The position numbers and the translations under genes were made by a program. Shown here one piece after another: positions 61,285 through 64,000 of a DNA stretch of 64,000 nucleotides. Within the stretch, counting starts at the first letter, position 1, and each line of letters opens with the position of its first letter. The DNA is from Hyphomicrobiales bacterium (GTDB lineage: Bacteria; Pseudomonadota; Alphaproteobacteria; Rhizobiales; Beijerinckiaceae), in the NCBI GenBank assembly GCA_043744855.1, contig JAYTTW010000148.1, forward strand, positions 908 to 64,907. The letters run 5' to 3'. The notes under the pieces were generated by a model that made no database searches, was not told where the DNA came from, and saw nothing but the letters and a program-made list of their open reading frames with translations.

Positions 61285-62424
61285 TCACGTTTGCAAATTG
61301 AGTTGCGCCAGCACTTCGCGCGTGTGCTCGCCCAATTCGGGCGACGCCGAATGAATTTGGGGCGGTGTTTCAGACATCCGCAGAGCGTTTCGCACCAAGC
61401 CCACACTACCGAGTTTGCGATGCGGCACGTCGACGCGCATCTGCAGGTGCTGCACTTGCGGATCGTTGAAAACATCATCGAAATTGTTGAGCGGCGAGGA
61501 CGGCACGTCGAGTTCAAGCAGCCGCGCCAGCCAGTGCTCACGCGTGGCGGTTTTGAACACCTCGGCGAGTGCGGCGTGCAGAGCGTCGTAGTTTTTGCCG
61601 CGCGTCTCCTTGCTGGCGAAGCGCGCATCTTGCAAAAACTCCGGCTTGCCGGCGACCTGCGTCAGTCCCTCCCAGAATTTGTTTGGCGATGAAAGATGCA
61701 CGACGAACGGCTTGCGGTCGCAATCGACGAACGCATACACCTGCGCCCGATGGGTGCGCGTGGCGCGGCTCGGCGTTTTGCCGGTTTCAAAATAATTGGC
61801 GGCGTTCTCGCCACAGAAAGACAGCGTCGCCTCGAGCAGCGAGGTGTCGACGCGCTGGCCCTTTCCGGTCCTGCCGCGCGCGACAAGCGCCGCCAGCACG
61901 CCGTTGCAGGCGACCATTCCACCGAGATGATCCGACAGCGAGATTCCCATCGGTTTTGGGTCCTCAAGGTCGGTTAACAACGACAGCAAACCGCTCATCG
62001 CCTGCCCGACTGTGTCGTAGCCGGGGCGCGATTCATATGGGCCATCGCTGCCGAAGCCGGTGATGGCGCAATAAATGAGTCCAGGATTGTCGGCCTTCAA
62101 CACATCGTACCCGAGGCCCAAGCGCTGCATGACGCCGTTGCGAAAATTCTCGATAACGACGTCGGCGCTTTTCGCCAGCGCGCGCGCCGCCGTCTTTCCC
62201 GCCGGGCTTTTGAGATCGAGTTCGATGCTTTTCTTGTTGCGGTTCACGGAACCAAACGTCGGGCTGTATTCAACCCGGCCCCAGCCGCGAAAGGGATCGC
62301 CCTTGCCCGGCGTCTCGACCTTGATGACCTCAGCGCCAAGGTCCGCCAGCAACATGCCGGCGTAGGGACCCGATACATAATTTGCAAATTCAATCACGCG
62401 GATTCCGGTCAGCGCGCCAGTCAA
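61285..62424 (-). CDS. CaiB/BaiF class III CoA-transferase
   Basis: LADLGAEVIKVE, NRNKKS, DVVIENFR, ITGFG..GP, catalytic D in LSDHLGG, PELGEHT; TTG start after AAGGAGG. Confidence 0.93.
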   Translation of the reverse strand: MTGALTGIRVIEFANYVSGPYAGMLLADLGAEVIKVETPGKGDPFRGWGRVEYSPTFGSVNRNKKSIELDLKSPAGKTAARALAKSADVVIENFRNGVMQRLGLGYDVLKADNPGLIYCAITGFGSDGPYESRPGYDTVGQAMSGLLSLLTDLEDPKPMGISLSDHLGGMVACNGVLAALVARGRTGKGQRVDTSLLEATLSFCGENAANYFETGKTPSRATRTHRAQVYAFVDCDRKPFVVHLSSPNKFWEGLTQVAGKPEFLQDARFASKETRGKNYDALHAALAEVFKTATREHWLARLLELDVPSSPLNNFDDVFNDPQVQHLQMRVDVPHRKLGSVGLVRNALRMSETPPQIHSASPELGEHTREVLAQLNLQT

Positions 62425-62550
62425 AAATGCCTCCTTTGACAGCCTTCGCAATTTTACGCCAAGCTGCGCCACCTTACGCCAAGCGTCGAACCCGCCAAAC
62501 AGGATTTCGCCGGCCCGGCGTAAAGCTTGGGAATGGCGGCCGGAGCTGGC

Positions 62551-62958
62551 ATGAACCTCGGCATTTTCATTCTGGGCTGGGCGACGAGTGTTGAGCGCTG
62601 GCCGCTCGTGGCGGCGTGCGCGATCACCGGGTGGGTCCTGTCCGCGCTTGTGGCGCGCGCCGCTCGTTACGCAAGCGCCGGCGTCGCGTGGCGCGTTTCA
62701 ATGTGGGTGTTGATCTGCATCGTCGCGGCGCTTGCGGGACTGGCGGGCCGCCTTGCATGGGAGTGGGTCGACGCTGGCCAGCAATGCGCCGCGCCGTTCG
62801 CGCCCACCCGACCCTGCACGCTTGCCGAATTTGCGCTCAGCCCTTACCGCGCATTGACGCTGGTGGCGTTCGACGCTCCGCTCGCGCTGCTTGCGGCGGC
62901 TCTAGCGACGCTGACGGGATGGCTGGCGTTTGCGCGGCGTCGCAAAACAGTCGCGTGA
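62551..62958 (+). CDS. Hypothetical membrane protein
   Basis: GGAG RBS, three to four hydrophobic segments, Cys pair in a loop. Confidence 0.55.
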   Translation: MNLGIFILGWATSVERWPLVAACAITGWVLSALVARAARYASAGVAWRVSMWVLICIVAALAGLAGRLAWEWVDAGQQCAAPFAPTRPCTLAEFALSPYRALTLVAFDAPLALLAAALATLTGWLAFARRRKTVA

Positions 62959-62971
62959 AAAACCCGCCGGG

Positions 62972-63760
62972 CTATTTGCCGGTGAACTTTGGCCGGCGTT
63001 TTTCCATGAACGCCGTGCGGCCCTCGCGATAATCCTCACTGGCGAGGCAGGCTTCGCTCAGCGCCTTGCACTTTTCGCGGTCGACTGAAGTGAGGGGATC
63101 GGCGAGCATGTTGATCATCTGTTTCGACGCCGCCATCGAGAGCGGCGCATTCTCCGACAGCGGCGCAATGTAGGCGGCGAACGACGCTTCAAAATCGGCG
63201 ACCGGCGCCACTGCGTGCACAAGGCCGCAGGCGGCAGCCTCCGCCGCAGTATAGCGCTTGGCGGTGATCAGCATTTCGCGGGTGCGGGCGGCGCCAACGA
63301 TGCCGTTGAGCCAGGCGAGAAAATCCAGCCGGTAGGAGATGCCGAGGCGCGCCGCCGGAATCGAAAATGTCGAATCGTCGGAGGCAAATCGCAGATCGCA
63401 GGCGGCGGCCAGCCCCATGCCGCCGCCAAAGCAGAAGCCGCGGATTTTGGCTATGGTGGGCTTGGGAAAATCGTGCACGAGATTGTACATCCGCGACGAG
63501 ATCAGCGAATAGCGCGCCGCCGTCTCGGGATCGTTGCGCGTCTTGCCGAACTCGGAGATATCAGCTCCAGAAATGAACGATTTTTCGCCGGCGCCGGCTA
63601 TGACGAGCAGATGAACCTCGGGATCAACCGCGTATTGCTCGAGCAAATCGCCAGCCTGTTGCGACATCGCGATGGAGATGGCGTTACGGCGCGCCTCATT
63701 GTCGAACAGGAGTTGCGCGACGCCATTTTGTTTGGATCCGACGATTTGTCCTACACTCAC
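62972..63760 (-). CDS. Enoyl-CoA hydratase/isomerase family protein
   Basis: FISGADISEF, GFCFGGG, CDLRFA, EDYREGRTAFMEKR.P.F.G; GTG start after GGAG. Confidence 0.92.
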   Translation of the reverse strand: MSVGQIVGSKQNGVAQLLFDNEARRNAISIAMSQQAGDLLEQYAVDPEVHLLVIAGAGEKSFISGADISEFGKTRNDPETAARYSLISSRMYNLVHDFPKPTIAKIRGFCFGGGMGLAAACDLRFASDDSTFSIPAARLGISYRLDFLAWLNGIVGAARTREMLITAKRYTAAEAAACGLVHAVAPVADFEASFAAYIAPLSENAPLSMAASKQMINMLADPLTSVDREKCKALSEACLASEDYREGRTAFMEKRRPKFTGK

Positions 63761-63839
63761 GCAAATCTCCCGAAACCCTGACCGCGTCGACGCCAAAACG
63801 CCTGGAGTCGCCGTGCAACCCGGCCTTTGTCGCGCGACA

Positions 63840-64000
63840 CTATTCGTCCTCACCGAAACGACTGGCGACGAGCGCCTCTATGGCGTCCAACGCGCATTTG
63901 GCCTGCTCGCCTTTGGCAGCGACCGTTATGGTTGAGCCGATGCCGGCGCCCAGTGTCAGAATGCCCATGATGGACGTGCCGCCGACAACATCGCCGCAGC
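63840..64000 (-). CDS. HPr/NPr family phosphocarrier, 3' part (runs off the window; absent from the ORF track)
   Basis: Manual translation CGDVVGGTSIMGILTLGAGIGSTITVAAKGEQAKCALDAIEALVASRFGEDE* includes the regulatory Ser motif SIMG. Confidence 0.88.
   Translation of the reverse strand, partial: CGDVVGGTSIMGILTLGAGIGSTITVAAKGEQAKCALDAIEALVASRFGEDE

Overview
GC-rich chromosomal window from an alphaproteobacterium, most likely Hyphomicrobiales/Rhizobiales. The evidence is ccrM, the mutY-dciA-dsbA-smc block, DUF6101 next to ubiA, an EcfG-type promoter and a RIME/Bru-RS-like repeat. The backbone is housekeeping: rnhB, ccrM, mutY, smc, TPP-riboswitch-controlled thiOSGE, aceA with an ScfR/RamB-type regulator, a split TRAP transporter, glyQ, ispB/ispE/ispH, kup, pyrE, rnhA, thrB, gshA, ubiA and a partial HPr-family gene. 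Accessory genes include three orphan Bug/TctC binding proteins and an acyl-CoA catabolic cluster. I found no transposase, integrase, prophage, tRNA/rRNA or CRISPR array. Best leads: (1) a metallophosphoesterase plus Ser/Thr kinase-USP signalling pair; (2) many short tandem duplications (12-30 bp, often 15 bp) at gene ends, several copying the stop codon, including a 4x30-bp hairpin array and a 4xC5/G5 array; (3) a GANTC-rich double-hairpin leader near ccrM; (4) an Ltp2-like Cys-less thiolase/DUF35 cluster; (5) an orphan Imm74-like gene coupled to mutY; (6) an RND adaptor remnant. All family calls come from reading motifs by eye. No database searches were run, and start codons were adjusted by eye using RBS and homologue-like N-termini.
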